A stretch of 64,000 nucleotides of DNA from an uncultured Clostridia bacterium (GTDB taxonomy: Bacteria; Bacillota; Clostridia; Christensenellales; CAG-138). How positions within the stretch are numbered: position 1 is the first letter of the stretch; each line of letters begins with the position of its first letter. The stretch covers positions 9,278 through 73,277 of the forward strand of contig CAMVMM010000010.1 of NCBI GenBank assembly GCA_947168565.1, given 5' to 3'. The position numbers and the translations under genes are program-made. Under the pieces are notes generated by a model. It saw nothing but the letters and a program-made list of their open reading frames with translations, was not told the origin of the DNA and did no database searches. Below, piece by piece: positions 34,347 through 42,392 of the stretch.

Positions 34347-35552
34347 TCAGTTCTTCTTCCTGCGGGAGAAGAGCACTGCCGCGCCGGAGACCGCCGCCGC
34401 GATGCCCGCGAAGGCAAGGCTTATGGTTCCGGTTGCGGGAACGGGAACAGGGGTGGGAGCCGCGGTGGGCTCTGCGGGGGCCTGCGTGGGCTCTACGGGA
34501 GCATCGGTGGGCTCTGCGGGAGCCTCGGTGGGCTCTGCGGGAGCATCGGTGGGCTCTGCGGGGGCCTGCGTGGGCTCTACGGGAGCATCGGTGGGTTCGG
34601 CGGGGGCCTGAGTGGGCTCGGGCTCGCCGTTCGCGCCGAAGTTGTAGGGATACTCAAAGGTGTAGTGCTCGCCGCTGCCGATGAAATCCTCATCGGTGAA
34701 GCTCTGCTGATCGTATTCGATGCCGAAGGTTTCATGCACCACGGAGAAGATGTCCGAAAGGCTCTGGAAGGTGGTGCTCTCGGGATCGATGATGGGATCG
34801 CCGCCCCACTCCTCGAAGTTGTTGTCCACGGGAATGAACGAGGAGGGTGCGCCGCCCTCAAGCTCCATGCGGAAATAATGGTTGTTCAGCGCAACGAAGA
34901 TGCTGCCGGGGCGAAGCTCCACGGCGCGCTTCTGAACGAGCATAAAGTCGGACCAATGCACGTTGTAGCAGCCCTCGCCGGTCCTCTCCACGATCTTCTC
35001 ATAGAAGGTGGCGGGGAACTCGTGCTGACCGATGGTAACACTCATGCTGCCGGTAACGTGATCGGCGGTCGCGGTGCCGCGAACGACGACGGAAACGGTT
35101 CTGCCAAGCTGTGCCATAACGCGCAGCGTGGTGCCCTCATGGGTGATATTTGCATATTCGCCGGGAACGGGCACGCAGATGCCGATCTCATAGTCGCAGT
35201 TGAGAAGGGGATCGCAGCCGGTGGCCTCAACGAGCTGGATCTCGTCGATGCCGTTTATCTCGGTAATGTACTCGATGCTGCCGAGAAGCTGCTCGCTGTA
35301 GCCCTCAACGCTTGCGGGCACGGCGTAGGAAAGCACCATGGTCACGGTGTCGCCCACCGCGATGGGGGCGTTTGCCGCCATGGGGGTCCAAACGTTGTAG
35401 GGAACCTCCCACTCGTCGTATTCAACGGTGGGATCGTTTTCAACGCGCACAAAAGCGGTTTCGAAGATGGGTGCCTGCTCGGATGCGAAAGCGGGGATGC
35501 CGAGAGCGGCGATCATCGCAAAGGCAATGAGCAGTGAAAGAAACTTTTTCAT
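34347..35552 (-). CDS. cell-surface protein with heptad Pro/Thr/Ala repeats and a sortase-type C-terminal sorting signal
   Basis: Signal peptide. C-terminal (EPT[QDE]AP[AV])n repeats, then PVPATG followed by the hydrophobic stretch TISLAFAGIAAAVSGAAVLF and SRRKKN. Confidence 0.8.
   Translation of the reverse strand: MKKFLSLLIAFAMIAALGIPAFASEQAPIFETAFVRVENDPTVEYDEWEVPYNVWTPMAANAPIAVGDTVTMVLSYAVPASVEGYSEQLLGSIEYITEINGIDEIQLVEATGCDPLLNCDYEIGICVPVPGEYANITHEGTTLRVMAQLGRTVSVVVRGTATADHVTGSMSVTIGQHEFPATFYEKIVERTGEGCYNVHWSDFMLVQKRAVELRPGSIFVALNNHYFRMELEGGAPSSFIPVDNNFEEWGGDPIIDPESTTFQSLSDIFSVVHETFGIEYDQQSFTDEDFIGSGEHYTFEYPYNFGANGEPEPTQAPAEPTDAPVEPTQAPAEPTDAPAEPTEAPAEPTDAPVEPTQAPAEPTAAPTPVPVPATGTISLAFAGIAAAVSGAAVLFSRRKKN
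34464..34622. repeat. about 7.5 tandem copies of a 21-nt repeat inside the surface-protein gene
   Basis: GGTGGGCTCTGCGGG(A/G)GC(C/A)TC units. These encode the EPTxAPx heptads on the minus strand. Confidence 0.9.
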
Positions 35553-35615
35553 AGTGATTTCATTCTCCTATCTTTATAAAATCATGCAAATGCTATTGTA
35601 GCATAAACTTTGATT

Positions 35616-36638
35616 TTATGCAACCTTGCTGCCGGTATTTTCCTGCTCGGGCGCGGCAGCCTTCTTTTTGCCGAAGCCGGCGCAGATCGCGTGATGCGGG
35701 CAGGCCGCCTTGCAGTCGCCGCAGCGGATGCACTCAAGGCTGTTCGGCGTTTTTACGATGTCCACACCCATGCGGCAGGCGTGACGGCACGCGCCGCAGT
35801 TGGTGCATTTGGATTCATCCACGCTGTAGCGGTACAGCGAGATGCGGTTGAAGAAGGAATAGATCGCGCCGAGGGGGCAAATATATTTGCAGAACGGGCG
35901 ATAGATGAAGATGGAGCCCACGAGCAGCGCGGTCATGATGGAAAGCTTGAGGATCGTGAGGCCGCCCGCCTCCGCCCAGCTCGTGATGCCCGTGCCGGTG
36001 CCCTGGCCGAGGTTTCCGAAGATGGAGCCGTAGGTCATGAGCGGAATGCCGCCTATCAGCATGCCGGAGGGGCAGATATACTTGCAGAAGAAGGGGTTGG
36101 GCTCGTACAGAAGCGGCAGAATGATGACGAAAACCACAAGGAAGAAATACTTGAGGTATCTCAGCGGCTTGTCGCCCGGGAAGGTGCGTATCTTCATCTT
36201 TTTCGGAACGGGGATCTTATAGATAAGGTCCTGAATAAGTCCGAAGGGGCAGAGGAAGCCGCACACGAGCCTTCCGCACAGCGCGCCGAACATCATCAGA
36301 AAGCCGACCACGTAGAACGCGAAGTAGTACATCGGGGGCGCAACGGCGGTGCCGGTCTTTGCGTCGAACCAGAACTTGCTGTATTCGCCCTGATTGAACA
36401 CGGCCTGAAGCGCGCCGATGGGACATGAGCCCAGAGCGCCGGGGCAGGAGTAGCAGTTCATGCCGGGAACGCAGACCTGCTTCAGCTTGCCCTGATAGAT
36501 CGTGCCCTTCAAAAAGCCGACGATGTAGCTGTTCGTAAGAATGCTGAACGCGGCCTGGATGCCTATCCTTCTGCGCTCAACGCTCTTGCGGAGCTGAGCA
36601 ATCGTTTTCTTGGGTTTATTGCTTGCTTTAACTTCCAT
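35616..36638 (-). CDS. polytopic NapH/NosR/MauN-like 4Fe-4S polyferredoxin membrane protein
   Basis: Four CX3CP motifs (CYSCP, CGFLCP, CKYICP, CKYICP) interleaved with TM segments. C-terminal CTNCGACRHAC and CIRCGDCKAACP ferredoxin motifs. Confidence 0.85.
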   Translation of the reverse strand: MEVKASNKPKKTIAQLRKSVERRRIGIQAAFSILTNSYIVGFLKGTIYQGKLKQVCVPGMNCYSCPGALGSCPIGALQAVFNQGEYSKFWFDAKTGTAVAPPMYYFAFYVVGFLMMFGALCGRLVCGFLCPFGLIQDLIYKIPVPKKMKIRTFPGDKPLRYLKYFFLVVFVIILPLLYEPNPFFCKYICPSGMLIGGIPLMTYGSIFGNLGQGTGTGITSWAEAGGLTILKLSIMTALLVGSIFIYRPFCKYICPLGAIYSFFNRISLYRYSVDESKCTNCGACRHACRMGVDIVKTPNSLECIRCGDCKAACPHHAICAGFGKKKAAAPEQENTGSKVA

Positions 36639-36639
36639 A

Positions 36640-36831
36640 TCAACCTATCCCCACGCATTCGCGGCAGAGCGCCACGGCCTTTGAGAGAACCGCGTTTATC
36701 TCGCCGTCCTTGATTCCGATTATCAGAAAGAGAACGCCGAGCGCGAACACGGCGGCGGGCACGATATAGCGCAGCGCGCCGCGGTCGAGAGGGCAGCTCT
36801 TTTTAACAATGGGCTTGCTTGTGTTTGCCAT
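36640..36831 (-). CDS. 63-aa single-TM CXXC protein (resembles 'CD1871A family CXXC motif-containing protein')
   Basis: One TM segment (YIVPAAVFALGVLFLIIGI) and C-terminal AVALCRECVGIG. Its stop lies 1 nt from the polyferredoxin start codon. The family name is recalled from annotation practice, not verified. Confidence 0.65.
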   Translation of the reverse strand: MANTSKPIVKKSCPLDRGALRYIVPAAVFALGVLFLIIGIKDGEINAVLSKAVALCRECVGIG

Positions 36832-36845
36832 AGCTCATCCTTTCT

Positions 36846-37808
36846 TTACGGCAGCAGCCTGTCGATGATGGCGCACCAGCCCTCGAAGGTGTTCGCGGCG
36901 GGCACGCGCTCAACTATGCGGCCGTAGGAGTCCACAAAATAGGTCATGGGATACGCCGTTGCCGGGAATGCCGCCGCCACGGAGGCGTTGTTTCTGATGA
37001 CCGGAATGGTGAAGCCCATGCCGTTCATAATGCCGATGGCGGTGGGGATCGCGCCGGGGGTCTCGGAATCGCCCAGTATGGAGAGGATCCTGAAGCCTCT
37101 TGCGCCGTATCTGCTCTCAAGCTGCGCAAAATGCGGCATTTCCTGGATGCACGGGCCGCAGGTGGTGGACCAGAGGTTTACCATGGTGAGCCTGTTTGCA
37201 TAGAGGAAGCTGTTGTCATAGGTTGCCTGATTGCCGTTTATCGCCTTGGAGGAGAAATTCGGTATATCGGGCTTGGGCGTGGCTGTGGGCGCCGGAGTGG
37301 GCGCGGGGGTGGGCGTCGGAGCCGGAGTGGGCGCCGGTGTGGGCGTGGGCCTCGGGGTCGCCGTGGGCGCCTGCGTGGGCACGTCGGTCGGCTTCGGCGT
37401 GGGTGTGCCAGCCGCGGGATTGCCCGTGGGCGGATTCGTTGCCGGCGGGTTGGTCGCGGGCGGGTTGGTTGCGCTCGAGGGGGTGCCGCTCGGCTGCTCG
37501 CTCGCCGGTTCGTCGCTTTGCGGAGCTTCGCTGTCCGGCGGTGTGGTATCCTCGGGGCCCTCGCTCTCGGGAGCATCCGAATCCGCAGGCTCATCCGAGG
37601 GCTGCCCGCTCTCGGGAGGCTCGGTGGTTTCACCCTCGGCGGTGGGGGAGGGCTCCTCGGAATCCGCGGGCCCGTCGGTGACGAGCCCGGGATCGGGGGT
37701 AGCCGGATTGGGGTTGGGCGCTATCCTCCAGGGGTGCGCGCAGCCCGTGAAAAGCAGAGCCAACGCAAGCATTATGCACAGCGTTATGCCAATGTTTTTC
37801 CTAAGCAT
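36846..37808 (-). CDS. lipoprotein TlpA/ResA-family thiol-disulfide oxidoreductase with a long Pro/Thr/acidic linker
   Basis: Lipobox LLFTGC. About 170-aa low-complexity linker (TNPPATNPPATNPP...TPAPTPAPTPTPAP). Trx fold with WSTTCGPCIQEMPHF. Confidence 0.88.
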   Translation of the reverse strand: MLRKNIGITLCIMLALALLFTGCAHPWRIAPNPNPATPDPGLVTDGPADSEEPSPTAEGETTEPPESGQPSDEPADSDAPESEGPEDTTPPDSEAPQSDEPASEQPSGTPSSATNPPATNPPATNPPTGNPAAGTPTPKPTDVPTQAPTATPRPTPTPAPTPAPTPTPAPTPAPTATPKPDIPNFSSKAINGNQATYDNSFLYANRLTMVNLWSTTCGPCIQEMPHFAQLESRYGARGFRILSILGDSETPGAIPTAIGIMNGMGFTIPVIRNNASVAAAFPATAYPMTYFVDSYGRIVERVPAANTFEGWCAIIDRLLP

Positions 37809-37857
37809 AGTCCGTCCTTTCGGAAAGGGGGGAACGGCTGAAAGCCTTTATATAAGC

Positions 37858-39033
37858 TTACAGGCCGAGCGCGGTGCGCAGCGCGAGGATCGCATCCTCC
37901 ATGCCCACGGAGCCGTTGCCGCTCATATCCGCGATGGGCAGAACAGCGCCGTCGACCCCCGCAAGACCCATCGCCATGCGCAGGATGGTTATGGCGTCCG
38001 AGGTGGTAACGCTGCCGCTGTTGTCCACGTCGCCGGGCACGAAGGAGGCCTGCTCGTAAACGGTGTAGATGTTCATATTGCCGGTCACGAAGCTGAAATC
38101 CTGATCCCAGCCCACGAAGGTGTAGCCCTCGTGCTCGGGCGCTTCGGGCGCGGTGGCGGCGGTGCCGTAGTCAACCATGCCCTGGGTTATTATGGTGTTC
38201 GTGATGCTGTCGTAGAAGCGAACGAGGAATCTCTGAATGTTGTAGCTGCCGTAAACCGTGGCGTCGCCCATGGCGATGTAGTAGTAGGGATCGTAGTGGG
38301 TAACGAGAATGTTTTCATCTATCTGGTGGTTGGGGTTGTCGGGGTTGATCTCCCAGCCGTTGAAGGTGTAGCCCTCGATCGCGGGGCCCTCGGGCATGGT
38401 GATGAGTCCGCCGTAGGGCACCTCAAGGGTGGTGAGCACCTCGTCGTTCGCCTTGTTTTTGAAGGTGATGGTGCAGTTTTCGCCCTGATGGTTGCGCACC
38501 ACGTCAAGCCACATGTCAACGTAATCCTTGAGCATATTGTAGCTGGGGAAGGAGCCCACGATGTGATCGAGCACAACGCCGTTGCGGTCAACGATCAGCG
38601 TCTGGGGAATGTAGCCGCTGGTGCTGAAAACGGAGCGGAGCACGCCGTCAAGGCGCATATTGAGCCATTTGTAGTCGCGCTGATTGAGGAATGCAAGCGC
38701 GGACTGCGGAGTGCAGCCGTTGGACTCGGAGATGGCGGCAACGACCTGAACGCCGTAATCCGGATTATCAAGGGAATACTGATAGAGCTGATTGATATGC
38801 GGCATTTCGTTCACGCAGGGGCCGCACCAGGTTGCCCAGTAGTTGAAGAAGGTGATATCCGCATTATCGAGGATGGAGCCGTCCACGGGGTTGCCCTCAA
38901 GGTCGGTGGTGCTGAAGTTTGCAATGCTCATTCCGAAGCCCGCGCGGGTCGCGTCCTCGGGCTTGGCCGCTGCAAAGGAGAAAGCGCTTACTGCAAGAAG
39001 TGCCGCAAGCATAAGGGAGATGAATTTTTTCAT
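37858..39033 (-). CDS. secreted TlpA-type thioredoxin fused to two GYTFxGW (Listeria-Bacteroides type) repeats and a C-terminal dockerin
   Basis: Signal peptide. WATWCGPCVNEMPHI. EGYTFNGWE and EGYTFVGWD repeats. GDVDNSGSVTTSDAITILRMAMGL / ADMSGNGSVGMEDAILALRTALGL. Confidence 0.88.
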   Translation of the reverse strand: MKKFISLMLAALLAVSAFSFAAAKPEDATRAGFGMSIANFSTTDLEGNPVDGSILDNADITFFNYWATWCGPCVNEMPHINQLYQYSLDNPDYGVQVVAAISESNGCTPQSALAFLNQRDYKWLNMRLDGVLRSVFSTSGYIPQTLIVDRNGVVLDHIVGSFPSYNMLKDYVDMWLDVVRNHQGENCTITFKNKANDEVLTTLEVPYGGLITMPEGPAIEGYTFNGWEINPDNPNHQIDENILVTHYDPYYYIAMGDATVYGSYNIQRFLVRFYDSITNTIITQGMVDYGTAATAPEAPEHEGYTFVGWDQDFSFVTGNMNIYTVYEQASFVPGDVDNSGSVTTSDAITILRMAMGLAGVDGAVLPIADMSGNGSVGMEDAILALRTALGL

Positions 39034-39122
39034 GGCTGTGTTCCTTTCGGCAATTTATTGTACGCTGAAAAGCCGGGCTCGGCGTTGGGAGCGCCGCTCT
39101 CACCCCTTTACGTACATTCAAT

Positions 39123-39151
39123 ATTATATCAGATACCATGACACAAAGCAA
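39123..39151 (-). promoter_or_regulatory. sigma-A type promoter of the thioredoxin/polyferredoxin operon
   Basis: Minus strand reads TTGCTT - 17 nt - TATAAT, about 90 nt upstream of ATG 39033. Confidence 0.55.
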
Positions 39152-39208
39152 GCGCAAAGCGAACCTTATTTTACAATTTTCGGAGCATGAAAAAACCGCT
39201 TGCACCGC

Positions 39209-39237
39209 TTGACTTTGCCGCCCTTCCGTGGTAAAAT
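39209..39237 (+). promoter_or_regulatory. sigma-A type promoter (extended -10) of pnuC
   Basis: TTGACT - 17 nt (ending TGG) - TAAAAT. Confidence 0.6.
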
Positions 39238-39329
39238 CAACCCGCTTGCCACCGGGCAGCAAAAATGCGGAAGCATTCGGCTCGCATCGTTAGGTCCTTG
39301 AAGATGCGTGCGCGAATGCTGTTTTTTTT
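39238..39329 (+). promoter_or_regulatory. pnuC 5' leader: small hairpin followed by a long terminator hairpin (riboswitch/attenuator candidate)
   Basis: CCCGCTTGCC-accg-GGCAGCaaaaatGCGG, then AGCATTCGgctCGCATC-gttaggtccttgaa-GATGCGtgcgCGAATGCT followed by GTTTTTTTT (39272-39329). Confidence 0.5.
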
Positions 39330-39373
39330 CGCAAGGCTTTAACTTAAAAGAATTGGAGAATCGGAAAAACAGT

Positions 39374-40114
39374 ATGGAAAAGGATCAAAAAAACAGGCCC
39401 GAAGCGCTGCTTGAAGCCATAAAGCGCGGCTTCGGCTCATTCACCGGCTTCGAGCTTGCGCTGTGGATAGGCTCGCTGCTTTTTATCATTCTGTCGTTCA
39501 TTCTGTTCGGCGGAAAAGGGCCGCTTACCCTCATCGCCTCCCTCATAGGCGTTACCGCGCTCATCTTCTCCGCAAAGGGAAACCCGATAGGGCAGGCGCT
39601 TATGATAGTATTCTGCATATTGTACGGCATAATTTCGTTCGGCTTCCGCTATTACGGCGAAATGATAACCTATCTGGGAATGTCCCTGCCGATGGCGGTG
39701 ATAGGGCTTGTGTCATGGCTTAAAAATCCGTTCAAGGGCGAATTGTCACAGGTGGCGGTGGGGCGCGTGGGCCTTGGCGAGGCGCTGCCGGCGGCGGCGC
39801 TTTCCATAGGCGTAACGTGGGTTTTTTACTTCATTCTAAAGGCGTTCAGCACCGCAAACCTGCTTTTCAGCACGCTTTCCGTAACCACCACCTTCATAGC
39901 GGCGTATCTCAATTTCCGCAGAAGCCCGTTTTTCGCCCTCGCCTACGCCGTGAACGACGTGGTGCTGATAGTGCTTTGGGTGCTCGCTTCGCGCGTGCAG
40001 CCCGACTATGCCTCGGTGGTGATATGCTTCATAGTGTTCCTTGTGAACGATCTGTACGGCTTTTTCAACTGGCTGAAAATGCGAAGGCATCAGGCCTCGG
40101 TGATAGACAGCTGA
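39374..40114 (+). CDS. pnuC: nicotinamide riboside (Pnu family) transporter PnuC
   Basis: About 246 aa, 7-8 TM segments. SAKGNPIGQ, and the C-terminal NDLYGFFNW motif characteristic of PnuC-type transporters. Confidence 0.85.
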   Translation: MEKDQKNRPEALLEAIKRGFGSFTGFELALWIGSLLFIILSFILFGGKGPLTLIASLIGVTALIFSAKGNPIGQALMIVFCILYGIISFGFRYYGEMITYLGMSLPMAVIGLVSWLKNPFKGELSQVAVGRVGLGEALPAAALSIGVTWVFYFILKAFSTANLLFSTLSVTTTFIAAYLNFRRSPFFALAYAVNDVVLIVLWVLASRVQPDYASVVICFIVFLVNDLYGFFNWLKMRRHQASVIDS

Positions 40115-40177
40115 TATGCCGCGCCTTCGATCGAAAAAACGATGCTTAAAAGCTTCGGCAGCTCTTCTTCCAAGCCC

Positions 40178-40219
40178 GAAAAGCTCCGCCCTTCTTTTCG
40201 CGGCATCGGAGCTTTTTTC
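40178..40219 (+). terminator. intrinsic terminator after pnuC
   Basis: GAAAAGCTCCG ... CGGAGCTTTTTT. Confidence 0.7.
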
Positions 40220-40289
40220 TCCGAACGGGCCGAGTGCAGCCCGTGCTTGACGCCGGAACAGAGCAAATATATTTTCTTGCTTCGAGCCA

Positions 40290-40318
40290 TTGACAACCCG
40301 CATACATTATGCTAAAAT
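40290..40318 (+). promoter_or_regulatory. sigma-A type promoter (extended -10) of the amidohydrolase gene
   Basis: TTGACA - 17 nt (ending TGC) - TAAAAT. Confidence 0.6.
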
Positions 40319-40404
40319 AATAATATAGAATATTTAACAGAAAGGCGGTTAAGGCGTGTTCCCACTCATGGTGAAAGCCACGGGTGTCAATGCACCGGAC
40401 AGTT

Positions 40405-42063
40405 ATGAAAAAGGCGGATCTTATCATTAAAAACGCTAAAATTTTCACGGCGGACAGGGAAAACCCTCTGGCCGCGGCCCTTGCGGTAAAGGACGGCAAA
40501 TTCGTTTACGTGGGCGATGAAGCCGGTCTGTCCGAGTATGAGGGCGAGGTTACGGATCTCGGCGGGAAATTCATCATGCCGGGCATCATCGACAGCCACG
40601 TTCACGTATCCTTCCCAATGGGCTTTGAGTATCTGGATGAGGTAGAGTCCATTACGTGCAGCGGCAAGCAGGAGTTCTTGGATATCATGAAGGACTATGT
40701 CGCCGGGCATCCCGGTCTTAAACGGTACAGGTTCATGGTGGACAAAAAGTACCTGAACGGAGAGGATATCGTGAAGGAGGACCTTGACGCGATCTGCCCG
40801 AACGCGGAGCTTCAGATTCAGGAAGCGGAGGGACACAGCGTTTGGGTAAACTCAAAGATCCTTGACAGGTATCATATTACCGACGACACACCGGATCCTG
40901 TGCCCGGAATCTCTTACTACGTTCGGAAAAACGGCCACGTGACCGGCAATGTCTTTGAAGGCTCGGCTGAAATGCCGATCATTCTCGACAGCGCGCTGGA
41001 GCTGACCGACGAGCAGATCGACACGGCGCTCGAGCGCTGGATCGACTTTTGCAAAACCGTCGGCGTGTCCGCCGTATTTGATGCCGGCATACCCGGATTT
41101 AATAAGTTCCATGAGCGGGTCTATCAGCGTCTGCGCGCTCTGGATCTTGAAGGAAAGCTGCCCGTTTATATCGACGGCTGCTATGTGGTCGCTGCCATGT
41201 GGGAAGTGGAAAAGGGTCTGGAGGAGCTGAAGCGGTTCCGTCGTGAGTACAACACGGAGCATCTGAAGGTCCACACCATGAAGGTTTTTATGGACGGAAC
41301 GCTGAAGATCCATACTGCGGCCATGGTCGAGCCCTATGAGGACACCAATACGACGGGAACCACCGCTTTCACCGCGCAGGAGCTCTCCGAGGTCATAAAG
41401 AAGCTGAATGACGAAGGTCTGGATCTGCACCTGCACACCGTCGGAGACGCCGCGTCCCGCGTGGTGCTGGACGCCGTGGAGCTTGCTCGGAAGGAGCTGG
41501 GAGAGAATTACCGCGTGAGGGTCACCTGCGCCCATCTGAAATTCCAGCACGATGAGGACATGGACCGCTTCGCAAAGCTGGGCGTGTTTGCGAATTATAC
41601 GCCCTCCTGGCACTGTGAATTCCCGGAGGAGCATATCCCCCTGTTTGGCGAAAAACGCACCTTCAATATGTACCGCTGCAAGACGCAGTGGAACACCGGC
41701 GCCGTGGTGACCTGGTCCAGCGATCCCATTGCCTTTGTGGATTTTTTGATCTGGAACCCCTATCTGGGCATGGAGATCGGCATGACGCGCTGGAACACGG
41801 AGAAGACAAGGATCTCTGAATTTGCCAGAACGCCCAAGGCATTCCCGCCCGCAAGCGAATGCATGACCATCGAGGAAATGATACTGGGCTATACCATCAA
41901 CGGCGCAAAGCAGCTCGGTATTGAAGCCAAAAAGGGCTCCGTCACCGCCGGAAAGGATGCGGACTTCCTGGTATTTGAAAACGATCTTCTCACGGCGGAG
42001 CATGAGGGCTTCAGTTATAACGCGCCCTGCGGCGTGTATTTCGGCGGGAAGAGGATGAGCTGA
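40405..42063 (+). CDS. Amidohydro_3 / YtcJ-like metal-dependent amidohydrolase
   Basis: ADLIIKNAKIFT...AVKDGKFVYVG, PGIIDSHVHV (HxH metal site), DLHLHTVGD, and a C-terminal GSVTAGKDADFLVF tail. Confidence 0.88.
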   Translation: MKKADLIIKNAKIFTADRENPLAAALAVKDGKFVYVGDEAGLSEYEGEVTDLGGKFIMPGIIDSHVHVSFPMGFEYLDEVESITCSGKQEFLDIMKDYVAGHPGLKRYRFMVDKKYLNGEDIVKEDLDAICPNAELQIQEAEGHSVWVNSKILDRYHITDDTPDPVPGISYYVRKNGHVTGNVFEGSAEMPIILDSALELTDEQIDTALERWIDFCKTVGVSAVFDAGIPGFNKFHERVYQRLRALDLEGKLPVYIDGCYVVAAMWEVEKGLEELKRFRREYNTEHLKVHTMKVFMDGTLKIHTAAMVEPYEDTNTTGTTAFTAQELSEVIKKLNDEGLDLHLHTVGDAASRVVLDAVELARKELGENYRVRVTCAHLKFQHDEDMDRFAKLGVFANYTPSWHCEFPEEHIPLFGEKRTFNMYRCKTQWNTGAVVTWSSDPIAFVDFLIWNPYLGMEIGMTRWNTEKTRISEFARTPKAFPPASECMTIEEMILGYTINGAKQLGIEAKKGSVTAGKDADFLVFENDLLTAEHEGFSYNAPCGVYFGGKRMS

Positions 42064-42134
42064 GGCAGCAGCGCTTCTTTTACACATACGATCCCGCAAT
42101 TCCGGTGCCGCTGCACCAAGCCCCATAAAGAATA

Positions 42135-42175
42135 AGACCGGGCAGCCATGAGGGCTGCCCGGTCTGCTGCTTTCG
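42135..42175 (+). terminator. intrinsic terminator after the amidohydrolase gene
   Basis: AGACCGGGCAGCC-atga-GGGCTGCCCGGTCT, then GCTGCTTTCG. Confidence 0.7.
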
Positions 42176-42309
42176 TGTATGGTTTATTTGCAAAAAACAT
42201 ACGGAAGGCGGGCAATACGATCCTCCGCCTGAAACCTTGATTCGGGCGGCGGCTTTTGCGCCGCATCCGCTCGCCCGCTCACAATAATTTAAATTTGGTA
42301 TGGTATCAA

Positions 42310-42338
42310 TTGAAAAGCGCGGCGCAAATTGATATAAT
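42310..42338 (+). promoter_or_regulatory. sigma-A type promoter
   Basis: TTGAAA - 17 nt - TATAAT, 55 nt upstream of ATG 42393. Confidence 0.6.
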
Positions 42339-42392
42339 GTAGGGGCAGGATACAGGCTTGACCCTCTGCAATAAAAAAAGGAAGTTAGGAAA

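Noticed and set aside
40319-40404. An about 85-nt leader upstream of the amidohydrolase gene as a possible riboswitch.
   Set aside because: I could draw only weak local pairing (CCAC...GTGG), there is no terminator or SD-sequestering helix, and no motif I recognise. The evidence is insufficient.
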